Source: Octopus sinensis
Lineage: Eukaryota
Length of the DNA: 64,000 nucleotides
Assembly (NCBI RefSeq): GCF_006345805.1
Contig: NC_043013.1
Location: 33,852,001-33,916,000, forward strand
Reading direction: 5' to 3'
Shown: one piece after another, positions 12,877-26,253 of the stretch
How positions within the stretch are numbered: position 1 is the first letter of the stretch
Layout of the letters: every line of letters begins with the position of its first letter
Position numbers and translations under genes: made by a program
The notes under the pieces: model-generated
The model's input: only the letters and a program-made list of their open reading frames with translations
What the model was told of the DNA's origin: nothing
The model's database searches: none

Positions 12877-13691
12877 ATAGTATAGTATAGGGGTGTATGT
12901 ATATGCTGATACATAGATAAATATAGATAGATATAGATATAACTGCTAAGAAAAATAGACAGAAAGAAAGATTGATATTTAAGCAGAAATAACAAGCTTT
13001 TCAAAAACCCAATCCGTACACGTTTGCGTACATACACGTAAGAGTGTGCGTGAGCATGTTCTACTCCATTTTTATATATGTCTCGTTCTACGGAAGGCAA
13101 TTTTGACTAACTGCTATGCTGATAACGACTCTTTAGGTAGAAATTTTCCTATTGACTGGAGATAGTCAGACTGTTCTTATCTTATCTTTTCATTAATATT
13201 TCGATATTTTTATTTCATTAATATTTCGATAGTTCTGGTGAATTCTTGGTACGTGACTTCATCACCTAATCTCAACTGGAAAGGATCCTCTTTGCCTCCA
13301 AATGATTGTTGCATTGTCATTCGAAGCAGGCATCATTTCAAGCAGGCATCAATAAATCAAGACTTCATACACTATGATATTTACTACAAATTTATTCTTC
13401 TTTGTTATACACATACCACTGGCCAATCTGATATACTTCTCTTACTTCATTTTCATTTCACACATACATACATACATAATATATATCTACATACACATAC
13501 ATTTACAAATATATACGCATATATTGCATACAGATAGATAGACAGACAGATATAATTTATATATAGTTATATGATATATATTTTTACCATACTTATCCGC
13601 CCACATATCTACGCACATACATTCTCATATACATTCATATATACATACATATATGCAATCATGCACCCTCTTTCTCTCTGTCTCTCTGTAT

Positions 13692-13778
<87 letters not shown>

Positions 13779-13867
13779 TATTATATATTATATATATATA
13801 TATATAAACTTATATATGTATCATATAAATATATATATATATATAAACTTATATATGTATCATATAA

Positions 13868-13939
<72 letters not shown>

Positions 13940-14428
13940 TGTGACACATTTTCTTTGAAAATAAAGCACATAATTACGTATCTCTTTTAATTTACTAAAT
14001 TTCTATTTGTGTTTTTGTCGCTGTTTTACGTTTTCTTAATTAAATTTTGTTTATTTCTCTATGTATATATATTTTTTTCTTTGTGATAATTAACACTTAA
14101 TTAATACCAGGAATAAATAGAATCTAAAGAAAAAATATTCTCTAATAATGTTTCAATTCTCCAGCTGCATTGGAGAAAAATTTGAGGATACTTTGTAAAA
14201 ATCAAGTGAAAAAGTCTGTCTTCATTTAAATGTAAGTTAATTGAACTCTTAAAGTATCAATAGAAATATATATAAATGAGAAAAGATTCTCGAGTGAAAC
14301 TGAAACAATTAATGAAACAATTATGTCCGTATACATACACACACACACACACACTCACATATCTATAGATGCACCTGTATAATTACACACATACACATAT
14401 ATAAAGGTGCGTGCGTGGTGTGTGTATA

Positions 14429-14462
<34 letters not shown>

Positions 14463-14611
14463 TATATATATATATAGATATATATATATATACTTATATA
14501 TACTTATATATACTTATATATACTTATATATATATATATTCGCATACAGTCTTCGGTACACTCGCATAAACATATACATATATATATAACACCTATACAT
14601 ATGTATACATT

Positions 14612-14656
<45 letters not shown>

Positions 14657-15447
14657 ATTTGTGCGTTTGTGTGTGTATACATGTGTGTATATATATGTGT
14701 GTGTATGTATATATATACATGTTTATATGCACGCACACACACACACACACACACTCACGTCTATATACTTACGCATATTCACGCAAACATATGTATATTG
14801 ATACACGTATTCGTATATATATATACACGTACATTTTTATATAGATACAGAAAGGTGTGTATATATATCTGTGTACGTATGTGTGTGTTTGTAATCATGC
14901 ATATATATGAAATGCAAGTATGTATGTATATACTTACGTAGACACACACGGACGTACACACGAACACCGTTATATATATAGATTGAGTTATCGAATCATT
15001 CATATTTTTTTTGGTCTTTTTAATTACTGCCAGTTTTTTTATCGAAAGATAATTAAAGCCTAGATAAAAATTTCTTAAATTGCAAATTGTTTTGTTGTCC
15101 ATTAATTAATTAATTAGATACGTAATAAAAAGATAATTACTCTTTCTATATTGAATTTTTTTGTCAATGTGTGTGTGTGTGTGTGGACGTTAATTTATTT
15201 CGTATTTTAACGTAAAAGTAATAGGTAAGTAAAAGTAATAGGTAAGTATTTATATTTTTAAAAATCCTGCTATAAATAGTATTCTTAGAGAATTTTGTTG
15301 GCACTTTAGAAATTTTCTGTGACAAAAATTTCGGCTGATGCCTGTTCAGGAACGCATTGCGTGTATACCTTACAAGACAGAATTATACAGGCAGTCTTTC
15401 TAATGTTGTAATATACATACACACAAAAACTCATATCTCACTATTTT

Positions 15448-15852
15448 CTCTTTCTATTTTACTTGTTTCAGTCATTTGACTGCGGTCATGCTGGAGCACC
15501 GCCTTTAGTCGAGCAAATCTACCCCAGGACTTATTCTTTGGAAGCCTAGTACTTATTCTATCGGTTTCTTTTGCCGAACCGCTAAATTACGGGGACGTAA
15601 ACACACCAGCATCGGCTGTCATGCAATGTTGGGGGGTGGAACAGACAGACACACACACATACACATATATATATATATATATATACATATACATACATAC
15701 AAAGGGCTTCTTTCAGTTTCCGACTACCAAATCGACTCACAAGGCTTTGGTCGGCCGAGTGCTATAGTAGAAGACACTTGCCCAAGGTGTGACGCAGTGA
15801 GTATGAACCCGGAACCATGTGGTTGGTAAGCAAGCTAGTTACCTCACAGCCA

Positions 15853-15857
<5 letters not shown>
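15448..15857 (-). mobile_element. SINE family A, near full length
   Basis: Same head, body and tail as the other copies. Confidence 0.9.
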
Positions 15858-15904
<47 letters not shown>

Positions 15905-16278
15905 TACGTATACATAGAGACAGACAATTAGATTGATTGTGAGAGAGACGTACACGCACATTTATAATATTTAGTTGGGATAAATGCAGTCCGGATGATC
16001 ACTTCAACAGAATTTCATCGATTTAACTTAAAACTTTCCAGTTTCCCTAAAATTTAGCAAACCTTTCGGTTGCTGATTTCTGTATTAGAAATGGAATTTC
16101 CGACATAGCGTTTAGTAACCGAATGTCTTTGTGGCCGAGGAGAGGACGGTAAATGAAAACGCTAATGCCTGATGGTCTGCCGATGTCATTTAAAGCTAGT
16201 TGTGTTTCAATATCCAAAAATTTCTCCAAAGTGTTTACGCCACCACAACTTAGTGATTCGGCAAAAGAAAACGATATA

Positions 16279-16678
16279 GGCGCAGGAGTGGCTGTGTGGT
16301 AAGTAACTTGCTATCCAACCACATGGTTCCGGGTTCAGTCCCACTGCGTGGCATCTTGGGCAAGTGTCTTCTACTATAGCCTCGGGCCGACAAAAGCCTT
16401 GTGAGTGGATTTGGTAGACGGAAACTGAAAAGAAGCCCGTCGTATATATGTATATATATATATATGCATGTGTGTGCTTGTGTGTCTGTGTTTGTCCCCC
16501 TAGCATTGCTTGACAACCGATGCTGGTGTGTTTATGTCCCCGTTACTTACCGGTTTGGCAAAAGAGACCGATAGAATAAGTACTGGGCTTACAAAAAGAA
16601 TAAGTCCTGGAGTTACTTGATTAAAGGTGGTGCTCCAGCATAGCCGCAGTTAAATGACTGAAACAAGTAAAAGAGATA
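16279..16678 (+). mobile_element. SINE family A, full length
   Basis: Runs from GGCGCAGGAGTGGCTGTGTGG to GAAACAAGTAAAAGAG. Confidence 0.9.
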
Positions 16679-17113
16679 GTATAAATACCAAACTTTAAAA
16701 TAATTACTGGGGCTGATTTGTTTGACTAAACGCTTTAATGCTTAAATAACTGCTTTCAATTTCTTTCTACCCACCGATTATAATTATTAAAGGCTGCGAT
16801 ATAGCAGAAGCGTTATTGAGTTGGACAAAATACTTAGCAGTATTTCTTTTGGCTTTTTACGTTCAAATCCCACCAAAGTTAATTTTGCATTTCATCTTCT
16901 AGTGGTCGAGAAAATTAATTAACAGATTTGTAGAAATAATCAACTTTCCCCCATCTCAATAAAATTACTTCCCTTGTGTCAAATTTCAAAACAGTCATTA
17001 GCACAGCTATACCACCATGCACTTGGTCATTGGACTCGTATGTTGTGTAATTCATTGTTAGACTTATTTACCACAACAACCGTAGATATTCGTATAGATA
17101 AAAAAAAATAGCT

Positions 17114-17119
17114 TTTAAT
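17114..17119 (-). promoter_or_regulatory. Possible polyadenylation signal (ATTAAA) of the candidate minus-strand gene
   Basis: About 100 nt past the TAA at 17218, followed by a T-rich run on the minus strand; such hexamers are common in AT-rich DNA. Confidence 0.25.
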
Positions 17120-17217
17120 AATTGGAACATTCAACCTAAATTGAAAGTGTTGCTTAGAATGCCTTAAAGTGCCGTAAACCTCCAGAGATACCACCTCGTG
17201 ATAAGAGATATGTTAAT

Positions 17218-17335
17218 TTAGCATCGGCAATGTCGGTTGACGAAATATTTCTTTGCACCGGTGGGTGGCACAGCCATATAACGTGATTGCATCATTAGTT
17301 GCGGTTCATACTGGCACACCGAAAATTTGTTGAAT
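17218..17335 (-). CDS. Candidate terminal coding exon: (R)FNKFSVCQYEPQLMMQSRYMAVPPTGAKKYFVNRHCRC*
   Basis: Acceptor tttgtccattactatag|A; 118 nt of non-repetitive, GC-balanced sequence open to TAA; phase 2 matches the upstream 52-nt exon; ends in CxC-stop. Confidence 0.6.
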
Positions 17336-17385
17336 CTATAGTAATGGACAAACGGCCAGTGATGTCATGAATACACACACACATA

Positions 17386-17599
17386 CGAGAGGCCGCTGAA
17401 AATTTCCTAGCTTTAAGGATGTCACGAAAGGCCCGGTTGCAGACCCAGCATTCCGAGTTCTTTTACAGGGCTTAGAACAACTGAAGAACCACAGCAATAA
17501 GTGTGTGAATCTGAGGGGAATATATTGAATAAATTATCATTAACTGATCGCCCTGTATTTTCTTTTACCCAAAGCCAGGAACTTTTCAACATCCCTACG
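17386..17599 (+). mobile_element. Mariner-derived MITE (internally deleted)
   Basis: 29-bp imperfect ITRs (CGAGAGGCCGCTGAAAATTTCCTAGCTTT vs CGTAGGGATGTTGAAAAGTTCCTGGCTTT), TA flanks; interior retains a transposase C-terminus-like stretch LQGLEQLKNHSNKCVNLRG. Confidence 0.7.
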
Positions 17600-19374
17600 T
17601 ATGTATGTATATATGTATTATATATGTGTGGTATTATTATTCAGCATACGTGGTTTGCAATCGTATATTCTTTAATAATGTGTACTCGGCATTTTAAATT
17701 ATCTCAAAATAGCGCCTTGCGTAAAATGAATGAATTAGCAAACGTGGTGATGGTGGTGATGAGTTTTGATGGTAACAATACTCTTAATAGTGTTCGTAAT
17801 GACAATGTTGAAAAAACAGAAGATATAAACCAAAAGAAAAGGAGGGAATGAGAGAAAAGAGGAGGAAAGAAAGGAAAAGACAATGAAAGTTAGGTTAGTT
17901 TTAATATTTTTAATGTAAATGTGTATATATTTTAATACATAGTTAAACCTAACAAGACAATAATATGTGATAAGGAAAACAGTCATTGAATTGTCAAATA
18001 ATTCTGCTCATGTTTCTATCGTATTAGGCTTCATCAGGAAATTATAGATTTCACTGTATTTTTCAAAAGACTTATAAAATATAATAGAATCGCTAAGTAA
18101 ATATGCACATTGAGGAGTAGATGGCAGAATGAATTACTTTTCGACATTGCATGTAATGAAAATCATAGTTGTGTTAGTGGTAACATTTTTGATGCAATAT
18201 ATATAAATGTAAAAATAGTTAGAAAACAAATGAAGAAGGAAGGGGATGATTAAATTATGAAATTTTGCTTCCGATTTTCATGCTTGTATTTGCATATTTC
18301 AATCGTATAAATCTCATTAGAATCCATCTCCACCAATCACTAACGACTGAGAGAGAGAGAAAGACAGAGACAGAGACAGAGACAGAGAGACAGATAGAGA
18401 GAAAATTATGGGGTGGGGAGATTCTGCTTAGTCATTCTGTTTCCCTGAAATAGCAGCCAAATCTTCCTGGAATCATGCACTACCATCTTAAAAAAAAAAA
18501 TTAAGCATATTTTTCCGTTCTTGGTTTCCAGCAGAGTAAAATGCGACAAAATGTTTACAGCTGATTTGACCTGGGTCTAACCAACAACATCAACAACCAG
18601 AAAAAGATTATGTGTTTTCATTTGATATACTAGAAATGGTAGCCGATCCGTCTACTATCTTAAATAATGAATTGACACCTTAAAATAACGCAGTCCTAGT
18701 TCTCTGAAAGTTATGAAGGCAATCTAATCAGAGATTTATCCGATGGAAGCTGACCTGTGGTTAAACAGCATCAACATTGATATTATCTCATAACACGTAT
18801 TTCATCCAATAACACTGCTACCGTTATCCTCGCCACCACCAACACCACTGCCATCAACGATAACTATAATTATTCCTGTAACTCACCATCCCTTCTTCAC
18901 CCCAAATATTATTTTTAGCTCGTACAATATTAACAGCACCATCACCAACACCACCGATATCATATATATGCCACATTTGCCAACTCTGTCCAATTAGCAA
19001 TGTCATTAAATTTAATTAGCATGGAATATAAGAAAAAAGAAAAGAGGGCTTTTAAAATGAATAATTAAATAAATAAATACTTATTATAAATTTAAAGAGG
19101 AAAAGGGTTATAAATAAATGAGAAATACCAAAAACACCAACGGAATATAAATAATCAGGAGAAAATATTGGATAACAACCGTGGGAGTTGATTGGATGAG
19201 AAACTAGATGACGCCTAACGTTGATTTTCATTTTGTATATTTTGTATTGTATAATTTTAAATTTGTTATTATTTTTAAAATTCACTTTTAATTATTCATA
19301 AAGATTTTCGATAAACCTTTGGACGAGAATATTGAGCATCTATATGCAATTTTGTGTGTGTGTGTAAGTGTGCG

Positions 19375-19410
<36 letters not shown>

Positions 19411-19415
19411 ATAAT

Positions 19416-19978
19416 AGTGGCTGTGTGGTAAGAAGTTGCTTCTCAACCACATGGTTCAGAGTTCAGTTCCACTGCATGGCACCTTGGGGGCAAGGGTCTT
19501 CTACTGCAGCATCGAGCTGACTAAAGCCTTGAGAGTAAATTTGGTGAAAGGTAACAGAAAAAAGCACGTCATGTGTGTGTGTGTGCGTGTGTATGTGGCT
19601 TTGTCCTCCACCACCGCTTTACAACCGGTGTTGTGATGTTTACGTTCCAGTAAATTAGGGGTTCTGCAAAAGAAGCAGATAGAATAAGTACTGGGCTTTA
19701 AAAAGAAGAAAACTTAAGCACTGGGATTGATTCCCTCGACTAAAATGCTCCAAGGCACTGCCTCGGTATGGACGTAGTCCAATGATGGAAACAAGTAAAA
19801 GGATAAAAGATAATAGATCCTTATATACATATAGGTGCAGCCGTGGCTGTGTGGTAAGAAGCTTGGTTCCCAACCACATGGCTCTGGGTTCAGTCCCACT
19901 GCTTGGCACCTCGGGTCAACCAAAGCATTGTGAGTGGATTTGGTAAACGGAAATTGAAAGAAGCCTGTTGTATATGTG

Positions 19979-20017
<39 letters not shown>

Positions 20018-20155
20018 GTGTTTGTCCCTCTACCATCGCTTGACAACCTATGTTGCTGTGCTTATGTCCCCGAAACTTAGCGGTTCGGCAGAAATGACGT
20101 ACAGACTAGAGTACTAGGCATGCAAAGAATAAGTCCTGAGGTCGACTAAAAGTGT
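19416..20155 (+). mobile_element. Two tandem SINE family A copies (19416-19812 and 19834-20155; second internally deleted)
   Basis: Two GTGGCTGTGTGGTAAGAAG heads, each followed by the family body. Confidence 0.8.
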
Positions 20156-20439
20156 GTAAAAGAGTATATATAATTAGAGAGAGAGAGAATTGATATTTTC
20201 ATTTGGAAAAGGCTGATTGAACTACGTTTTAATTAGACTCAAGAGATGTTTGGCTGATTTTGATTCACTGTATAAAACAAGAGAGCCAATAGGCTGTCAA
20301 ACGAGAACGTTTAATACAGTTCTATATTTAAGAGATGAGGAATTTTTTACATTATTTACATTCGGTGTCTTGGGGAAATTTCGAACCTGGGTTCTCATTC
20401 CTAAGGTATTTTTTGATATTACTATTATTATTATTATAA

Positions 20440-20544
20440 TTAATCAGGTCACTGCTTAGAATCGAACTGGGAATCTTGGAGTTAGTAGCACGCGCTCTTA
20501 ACCACTATGCCATATGCCCACGGGCATATGGCATAGTGTTTAAG
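20440..20544 (-). mobile_element. Short tRNA-like SINE head (GGGCATATGGCATAGTGGTTAAGAGCGCG...GTTCGATTC) with an inverted copy of its first 23 nt
   Basis: A/B-box-like motifs on the minus strand with an AAT-rich tail; hairpin 20497-20544. Confidence 0.65.
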
Positions 20545-21018
20545 ACACAAGATTACGCAATAGATTTCCTGTTCGTAGGAGGTAAGGAATCGGAATTTTA
20601 GTTCGTTTTAACCATCACACTTAAATCAGGTTCATTTTGTTGTCATGTCTGTTTATTACTTGTAATTTTCATAGAAAGGGGCAGCTATGTCGAAGATATC
20701 TTTATCTGATTGAGCGCTGGTAACTTTTTGTGAATATTTTCGATAACTGTTGTTGGTTTACGAAATATTTATCAGTGTAAAAGGGAATTTCTTCTACCTT
20801 CCTATATAGTTTGTGCTTTTTGATTAAATTGGATGTAACGACTGAAAAATTTACTATATCAATATCTGTGGACAATGTTTTTTTAGGGGCGAAACTGTTA
20901 AATACTAATTAAATACTGTAGTGAAATTATCAGCTGAGTATCTCTTAGCATATTAATATAGAGCTAATTATCTCTAGAGACCTATAGCTATTGGCACGAA
21001 TCTATTTATGAGCATATA

Positions 21019-21055
<37 letters not shown>

Positions 21056-21075
21056 TATATATATATATATATATA

Positions 21076-21260
21076 GTGAATCCAAACAAAGAACAAAGAA
21101 AAAGATACACGAGGACGTGTTACAAGTACTGTATTATCAGACGCTCAAGAAAGGGAAGAAAGGATTTTACGTTTTGTGCAAAGCTCTTCTCCAGAAATAG
21201 AGGGAAGTCCAAAAGAAGGGAAGACGGGGGAAGAAAATCGCCATCGTTACACACGTGGGA
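21076..21260 (-). mobile_element. Penelope-like relic (same family as 23205 and 56975)
   Basis: Minus strand ttt-CTGGAGA-A-GAGC-ttt-GCAC-AAAAC-GTA-aaa followed by the shared gagcgtc..taat..cacgtcctc segment. Confidence 0.5.
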
Positions 21261-21775
21261 GATGTACTTGCATAGCAAGTGACCTGATCTGAGATCATGT
21301 GCTGAAACAAAATCAATTGCAGCGTAAGAGGTGTTTATGAGCCATTTAAAAACACACAAACCCCGTTAGATTCACTGCAGCATGCGGTTTTGCCTGTGAA
21401 CAGGTCGCGGTCTCAAAGCGACGAAAATATTTTGACAAATTAGGCGGCGAGCTGGCAGAAACGTTGGCACGCCGGGGGAAATGCGTCGCCGTATTTCGTC
21501 TGCCGTTACGTTCTGAGTTCAAATTCCGCCGAGGTCGACTTTGCCTTTCATCCTTTCGTGGTCGATAAATTAAGTACCAGTTGCGCACTGGGGTCGATAT
21601 AATCGACTTAATCCGTTTGTCTGTCCTTATTTGTTCTCTCTGTGTTTAGCCCCTTGTTGGTAGTAACGAAATAGAAAATATTTTGACAAATTAAATTTAA
21701 ATGCTGAAGTGAATCTAACGGTTTTTGTGTGTTTTTAAATGCTTTATAAACACCTTTCACGCTGCAATTGTTCAT
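21255..21775. mobile_element. Inverted-arm repeat (caattgcagcgt..ccgttagattcac family) interrupted by a SINE
   Basis: Arms ~21312-21376 and ~21708-21773 are mutually inverted and match the uninterrupted copy at 29539-29704. Confidence 0.7.
21443..21673 (+). mobile_element. SINE family B monomer with perfect 20-bp target-site duplication
   Basis: gaaaatattttgacaaatta at 21423-21442 and 21674-21693 flank a complete head-to-tail unit. Confidence 0.92.
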
Positions 21776-22335
21776 ATATATATATATATATTTAAGATGA
21801 GTATGTGTGTGTATATGTATGTATATATGGAATACGTAGGCCATGTATATCACGTTTCCCAGCAATTTCGAACGAAGCTATTGTTACACGTAGCTCTTCT
21901 AGCGTAACAAAAGTAGAGTCGAAGTCGAAAAGTAAACTTTTCAGTTTATGCATAACGATTTTTACTACAATGCCATTAATGTTGTACTTAGTAGGTTTTG
22001 CAAAATTTTAAAAACTCCAGTCGGCACCAATATAAATATTGAGCGATAGAACTTCAAAATATAGAATTAAATGAGCTTGCACTTAGTATTTTATTACTCA
22101 TATTGTTAAATCAGTTCATTACGATGCTACAATTTTTACATTGGCGGAGGTTAGTGGCTGTCGTCGTCGCCGTCATAGTCATCATCATACTAATAATAAC
22201 AATAATATGAATGAAACTTATATGAATGTATAAGTGTCTGGATGTATAAATACACATACATGCAAATCTATATCGATAATCTTTCTCATATATATATATA
22301 TATATATATGTATATGCATACATACACAGACACAG

Positions 22336-22378
<43 letters not shown>

Positions 22379-22391
22379 AATACATACATGC

Positions 22392-22474
<83 letters not shown>

Positions 22475-22779
22475 CGTACCTACATAGTCACAAGTGTACA
22501 TAGGAATAAAAATGTTTGTCTATATTCTTTATTGTTTCCTTAGCTCTTTCATCTTTCAGCCAAAACTTGTAGAAAAATTCAATCAATGAAATACGCGTTA
22601 TTTTATTGGATACTTATCCAATCTTTGAAAAGTATGTCACTGCTTATTGAGAAAAAAAATGGTAAGGAAATTACAACCATTCTCTTTTTCTTTACTCTTT
22701 CATTAATACTTATCTTTCTTAGTTACTCATTCTTCCTCGATACCTGAACCCCACTCACACATTCTCTATTCTGTCTATG

Positions 22780-22823
<44 letters not shown>

Positions 22824-23204
22824 AGAAGAAGAAGAAGAAGAAGAAGAAGAGAAGGAGAGCAAGAGACACAGCAATTATTTTCTTTGTTTACACTTACAGT
22901 TTGCTCTTTGTTTCACTTATCGTTTACTGTCTCCTTATCTTCATCCATATAATCATATACACATATTGTGTGCGTGTGTGTGTGTGTGTTTGTGTGTGTG
23001 AGTGTATGTATGTGTATGTGTGAGCGTTTGATCTTGTAAACAAGAGGAAAATAACTCAATGTACAAAAAGAGTTTAATTATTTATTGGAGAGCTAAGATT
23101 ACTCTCCGCGTCTACTCAGAGTCACTCGAACGTCTGTCGATTCATATGTATGCATGTATGCATGTATGTATGTGTGTATGTATGTAGTCAGTTGAAATAA
23201 ACGA

Positions 23205-23320
23205 ACATAAGCATAAGAGACAACGAGAGGACGTGCACAAGGAATGTATTAGTATGACAATCAGTAAAACAAAAGCTTTTGACGTTTCGAGCATAGCTCT
23301 TCATCTAAATAGAGAAATCG
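23205..23320 (-). mobile_element. Penelope-like relic with hammerhead-like motif
   Basis: Minus strand TAGATGA-A-GAGC-tat-GCTC-GAAAC-GTC at 23281-23307. Confidence 0.55.
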
Positions 23321-24069
23321 CCAACAGCAACAGTGTAGTTACATTGCTGATGTACGTATGCACGCATATATGTATGCATGAGTTGACCTATCTTTACACA
23401 CACACACACAAGTATAGTACTCATGAAAATATAACGTGAGTTTTTTGTTTCCTTTCTGCTTGCTCTATTTTGTCTAGTCTCATTTTTGTCTTAAAATTAT
23501 TCTTACTCATTCAACTACTATTTTTTCCCTGTTTTCCACGTCTACTCTTTCACTTTGGCCATTCATTTCATCGGGGCCTCTCATCACTGAGAAGGACCGA
23601 TGCACTGTAATGTCACAGAAAGGAAGACCTCGAAACGGTTTGCATTTACTCCCTATTATATTTTAAAGTTATTGGCATCCGGCATGCGGAGCTTTCGATT
23701 GACAGCTCTCCCAAAAGCAAGCTGCTTGCAAGTTTCCATTTCTCTTTATATTTCACTCTTCGTTGAACAGAGTGCTGGAGGTGCTGGAGGTCTACTGATG
23801 TTTCCTTTCTGTCTATCATCTATACATCACTACATGACTATATATACATATATAAATATATATAAAAATTGTGAAGCAAGACTGTCACCACTACTACATG
23901 AATCTGAAGATTGCAGAATTCAATGCATGAAAGTACTAGTTCAATCAGAATGAACATTTAACATTCTATTATTTTATTTTATTTTATTTTATTATATATC
24001 TTATATTATATCATTATAAGATTGTAAATAAAATGTGAAAATCAGACAAGGTTGGAATTCCTTTTATTA

Positions 24070-24145
<76 letters not shown>

Positions 24146-24222
24146 ATTATTTAAATTATATATATATGTATGTGTATCCATACATCACTATATTACAATC
24201 TTTAAGGTATAAATTTATCTAC

Positions 24223-24274
24223 CTGATGCAGCTCTCTCGGTGCAGCGACTGATTTCTCCAGCTGCGACTGCATA
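24223..24274 (-). CDS. Candidate 52-nt internal exon, copy 1: (V)CSRSWRNQSLHRESCI(R)
   Basis: Acceptor tttttgtattgtttcttttaag|TA, donor CAG|gtagat; GC-rich island in AT-rich DNA; phase 1 in, phase 2 out. Confidence 0.55.
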
Positions 24275-24790
24275 CTTAAAAGAAACAATACAAAAATGAG
24301 CGTCGCATACTTTTGTATATATTTAAGTATATATTCATATATACGAGAGTACGTTGGCATATGTAAGCACTAGCAAATTAGATTGCAAGTATAGACTTGA
24401 CATTTGAATACACATCTACCTAACCAGATCTATCTATCTGCCTGATACATACATACATGCATGCATAGATGTATACATACATACATACATACACATACTA
24501 CATTCATTCACATAAGTAGATTTCTGTATATATGTATTGAAAAATCACTTGATTTAATCCATTGCTCTTCTGACTTTATCGCATTTAAGTTATATGGGAT
24601 ACACATGTAATCAGTCACACAATATACTGTCCAAATAATTGTTTGTATAATTACGTGATTGAAATTTGGACTAACAATAGAATTCTTTATGAACGTAAGC
24701 TCTTACTCTATACATTGAGTGCTCTCATCTTTCATTTGTAATGTTTGCAACCATAAATGTATGTACTTATACATATATATATATATATAT

Positions 24791-24835
<45 letters not shown>

Positions 24836-24927
24836 TATATATATATATATTTATTTAAATTTGTATATATATGTATGTGTATCCATACATCACTATATTA
24901 CAATCTTTAAGGTATAAATTTATCTAC

Positions 24928-24979
24928 CTGATGCAGCTCTCTCGGTGCAGCGACTGATTTCTCCAGCTGCGACTGCATA
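24928..24979 (-). CDS. Candidate 52-nt internal exon, copy 2 (identical)
   Basis: Identical exon and donor; acceptor tttcttttaaag. Confidence 0.5.
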
Positions 24980-25496
24980 CTTTAAAAGAAACAATACAAA
25001 AATGAGCGTCGCATACTTTTGTATATATTTAAGTATATATTCATATATACGAGAGTACGTTGGCATATGTAAGCACTAGCAAATTAGATTGCAAGTATAG
25101 ACTTGACATTTGAATACACATCTACCTAACCAGATCTATCTATCTGCCTGATACATACATACATGCATGCATAGATGTATACATACATACATACATACAC
25201 ATACTACATTCATTCACATAAGTAGATTTCTGTATATATGTATTGAAAAATCACTTGATTTAATCCATTGCTCTTCTGACTTTATCGCATTTAAGTTATA
25301 TGGGATACACATGTAATCAGTCACACAATATACTGTCCAAATAATTGTTTGTATAATTACGTGATTGAAATTTGGACTAACAATAGAATTCTTTATGAAC
25401 GTAAGCTCTTACTCTATACATTGAGTGCTCTCATCTTTCATTTGTAATGTTTGCAACCATAAATGTATGTACTTATACATATATATATATATATAT

Positions 25497-25541
<45 letters not shown>

Positions 25542-25633
25542 TATATATATATATATTTATTTAAATTTGTATATATATGTATGTGTATCCATACATCACT
25601 ATATTACAATCTTTAAGGTATAAATTTATCTAC

Positions 25634-25685
25634 CTGATGCAGCTCTCTCGGTGCAGCGACTGATTTCTCCAGCTGCGACTGCATA
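25634..25685 (-). CDS. Candidate 52-nt internal exon, copy 3 (identical)
   Basis: Identical exon and donor; acceptor tttcttttaaag. Confidence 0.5.
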
Positions 25686-26202
25686 CTTTAAAAGAAACAA
25701 TACAAAAATGAGCGTCGCATACTTTTGTATATATTTAAGTATATATTCATATATACGAGAGTACGTTGGCATATGTAAGCACTAGCAAATTAGATTGCAA
25801 GTATAGACTTGACATTTGAATACACATCTACCTAACCAGATCTATCTATCTGCCTGATACATACATACATGCATGCATAGATGTATACATACATACATAC
25901 ATACACATACTACATTCATTCACATAAGTAGATTTCTGTATATATGTATTGAAAAATCACTTGATTTAATCCATTGCTCTTCTGACTTTATCGCATTTAA
26001 GTTATATGGGATACACATGTAATCAGTCACACAATATACTGTCCAAATAATTGTTTGTATAATTACGTGATTGAAATTTGGACTAACAATAGAATTCTTT
26101 ATGAACGTAAGCTCTACTCTATACATTGAGTGCTCTCATCTTCATTTGTAATGTTTGCAACCATAAATGTATGTACTTATACATGTATATATTATATATA
26201 TA

Positions 26203-26253
<51 letters not shown>

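Larger units (their letters stand above)
24160..26190. repeat. Tandem triplication of a 705/706-bp unit with breakpoints in TA microsatellites
   Basis: tacatcacta recurs at 24181, 24886 and 25592; within the unit bodies I found only three 1-nt homopolymer differences. Confidence 0.95.

Noticed and set aside
13700-13940. Patterned interruptions and small duplications within TA tracts
   Set aside because: Typical of slippage or noisy long-read consensus; no information content can be claimed.
16047-16229. 60-aa minus-strand ORF in non-repetitive sequence downstream of the candidate gene
   Set aside because: No recognisable motif, non-ATG start and weak splice sites; cannot be linked to the gene model.
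24160-26190. CRISPR-like or satellite interpretation of the repeats
   Set aside because: The units are ~706 bp and fully duplicated, with no short repeat/unique spacer pattern and no cas genes; the DNA is eukaryotic.
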